DNA of 64,000 bases from a virus, in the IMG/VR virus record IMGVR_UViG_3300045996_002572, positions 1 to 64,000 of that record, one strand, 5' to 3'. A program made the position numbers and the translations under genes. The notes below the pieces were generated by a model. That model worked only from the letters and a program-made list of their open reading frames with translations, was not told the DNA's origin and did not search any database. Positions 63,054-64,000 of this stretch are shown one piece after another (position 1 is the stretch's first letter; each line of letters starts with the position of its first letter).

Positions 63054-63870
63054 GACTTCTGCGTCAGCAGGCGTGCGGCTGGGTTACACAGTGGGTGGCG
63101 TTCCTCTACGGAATCTAGAACGCCGGCGGCTGACCGGTGAGTGGTCATCGTGGCGATGTCTTTGACCGGTGTTCCTTCCCGTGCCGCGCTGGTGATGAAT
63201 CCGGAGCGCAGCGAGTGCCCCGCGAATTCGGCCGGGTCCAGGCCCGCGAGCTCGGCGCGGCTCTTCACCACCCGGGCAATGGAGTAGGGGTGTATCGCAG
63301 TCGCCTGGACCCGGCCCCATCGATCGATGGGGCGGAAGATCGGGCCCGACGTGATCCCGCTTGCCGCGAGCCAGGCCCGCAGCGCGACCGCGGCATCGCC
63401 GAGGACGGGGAGCGCCACCCCCTCGCCCGCCCTGATCTGACTTTGACCGTCGCAGGTGGAAGAGAAACCCCTCGCTGTCTACCGCCTCGAGGTCCTCGAC
63501 CGCGGCGCCGGCCACCTCTGAGCGCCGACGGCCGCCGGACTCCCAGGCGAACCGGAGCAAGGCAGCGTCCCGCAAGCCCGTGAGGTCCTCGCCGCACGTC
63601 GCGAGCATGGCCTCGAGGATCTCGCCGGTTGCCGCTCGCATCTTCCGGGGGCGCACCCCGCGCCGAGCGCCGATCCGCCGGAGGCTGGACAGCAGATCTC
63701 GGAGTGTTGCGCTCCGGCAGGTGTTCGCCTCTTTCGTAAAGCCGAGCATGTTGTGAGCCGCGCTGATCGAGGACAACCGCCGGTTGATCGTCGCGAGCGT
63801 CAACGGGCCGAGCTTCCGCTTGACCCCTCGCGCCACTAGCTCGGCGTCGACGTGCTCCGGCAGCCCCTCA
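63050..63870 (-). pseudogene. degenerate tyrosine recombinase (Cre/TnpS-like)
   Basis: RDAALLRFAWESGGRRRSEV, RSKSDQ, GHSLRSGF, HRS; +1 frameshift at ~63430; catalytic Tyr position reads Ser; N-terminus appears truncated. Confidence 0.85.
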
Positions 63871-64000
63871 TACCTGCTCGAAGCAGCCGGCGAGATCCCA
63901 GTCGAAATCGGTCCGCCACTCGTGGCGATATCCGGGCGGCGGATAGTCGGGGCTCCGCTCGTTCATCCCTCGTCTCCCGGGTCACGGTCGACCAAGTAGG

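Larger units (their letters stand above)
1..64000. mobile_element. Temperate tailed phage/prophage (siphovirus-like) spanning the entire window
   Basis: Terminase-portal-head-neck-tail-lysis gene order, CI/Cro switch, replication/recombination module; no host housekeeping genes seen. Confidence 0.95.

Overview
The whole 64-kb window is high-GC temperate tailed-phage DNA (siphovirus-like, with no sheath gene recognisable). It probably covers most of one phage or prophage genome; no host genes or att sites are visible. (1) 1-22.4 kb, minus strand: a long, translationally coupled early operon. It encodes a DPPY amino-methyltransferase (cut by the left edge), a ParB/DGQHR protein, DUF1643, an HD-like protein, Gp37/Gp68, VRR-NUC, a DnaC/IstB-like loader and an initiator containing 10-bp iterons. 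It also encodes a C5 methyltransferase with 8 internal repeats, a Sak4/AAA_24 ATPase, a DEDDh exonuclease and an HNH-like protein, plus tRNA-Thr(UGU) preceded by a hairpin-rich segment. (2) 22.2-22.9 kb: a Cro/CI-like switch with readable divergent promoters. (3) 22.9-27.8 kb: an accessory island. A secreted pro-peptide with a repeated G-x-x-(I/V)-D-P-x-G motif sits directly upstream of a 374-aa TPR-like protein that converges on the repressor. This is the best candidate for an undescribed arbitrium/RRNPP-like peptide-signalling system, possibly in a diderm (Acidobacteriota-like) host. The island also carries two exported proteins and a large lyase-like protein. (4) 28.6-58.4 kb, plus strand: terminase, portal, minor head, scaffold, P22-coat-like capsid, HslV-like protease, neck, tail tube, a tape measure with an apparent CTG start, tail tip and fibre, several signal-peptide-bearing proteins, a C39-like peptidase and holin-like genes. 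A degenerate tRNA-fMet and a tRNA-like element lie between tail genes. (5) 58.4-64 kb: reverse-strand promoter/operator cassettes around a GH19 endolysin, and a frameshifted, catalytically dead tyrosine recombinase. All family calls come from motif recognition by eye, not database searches.
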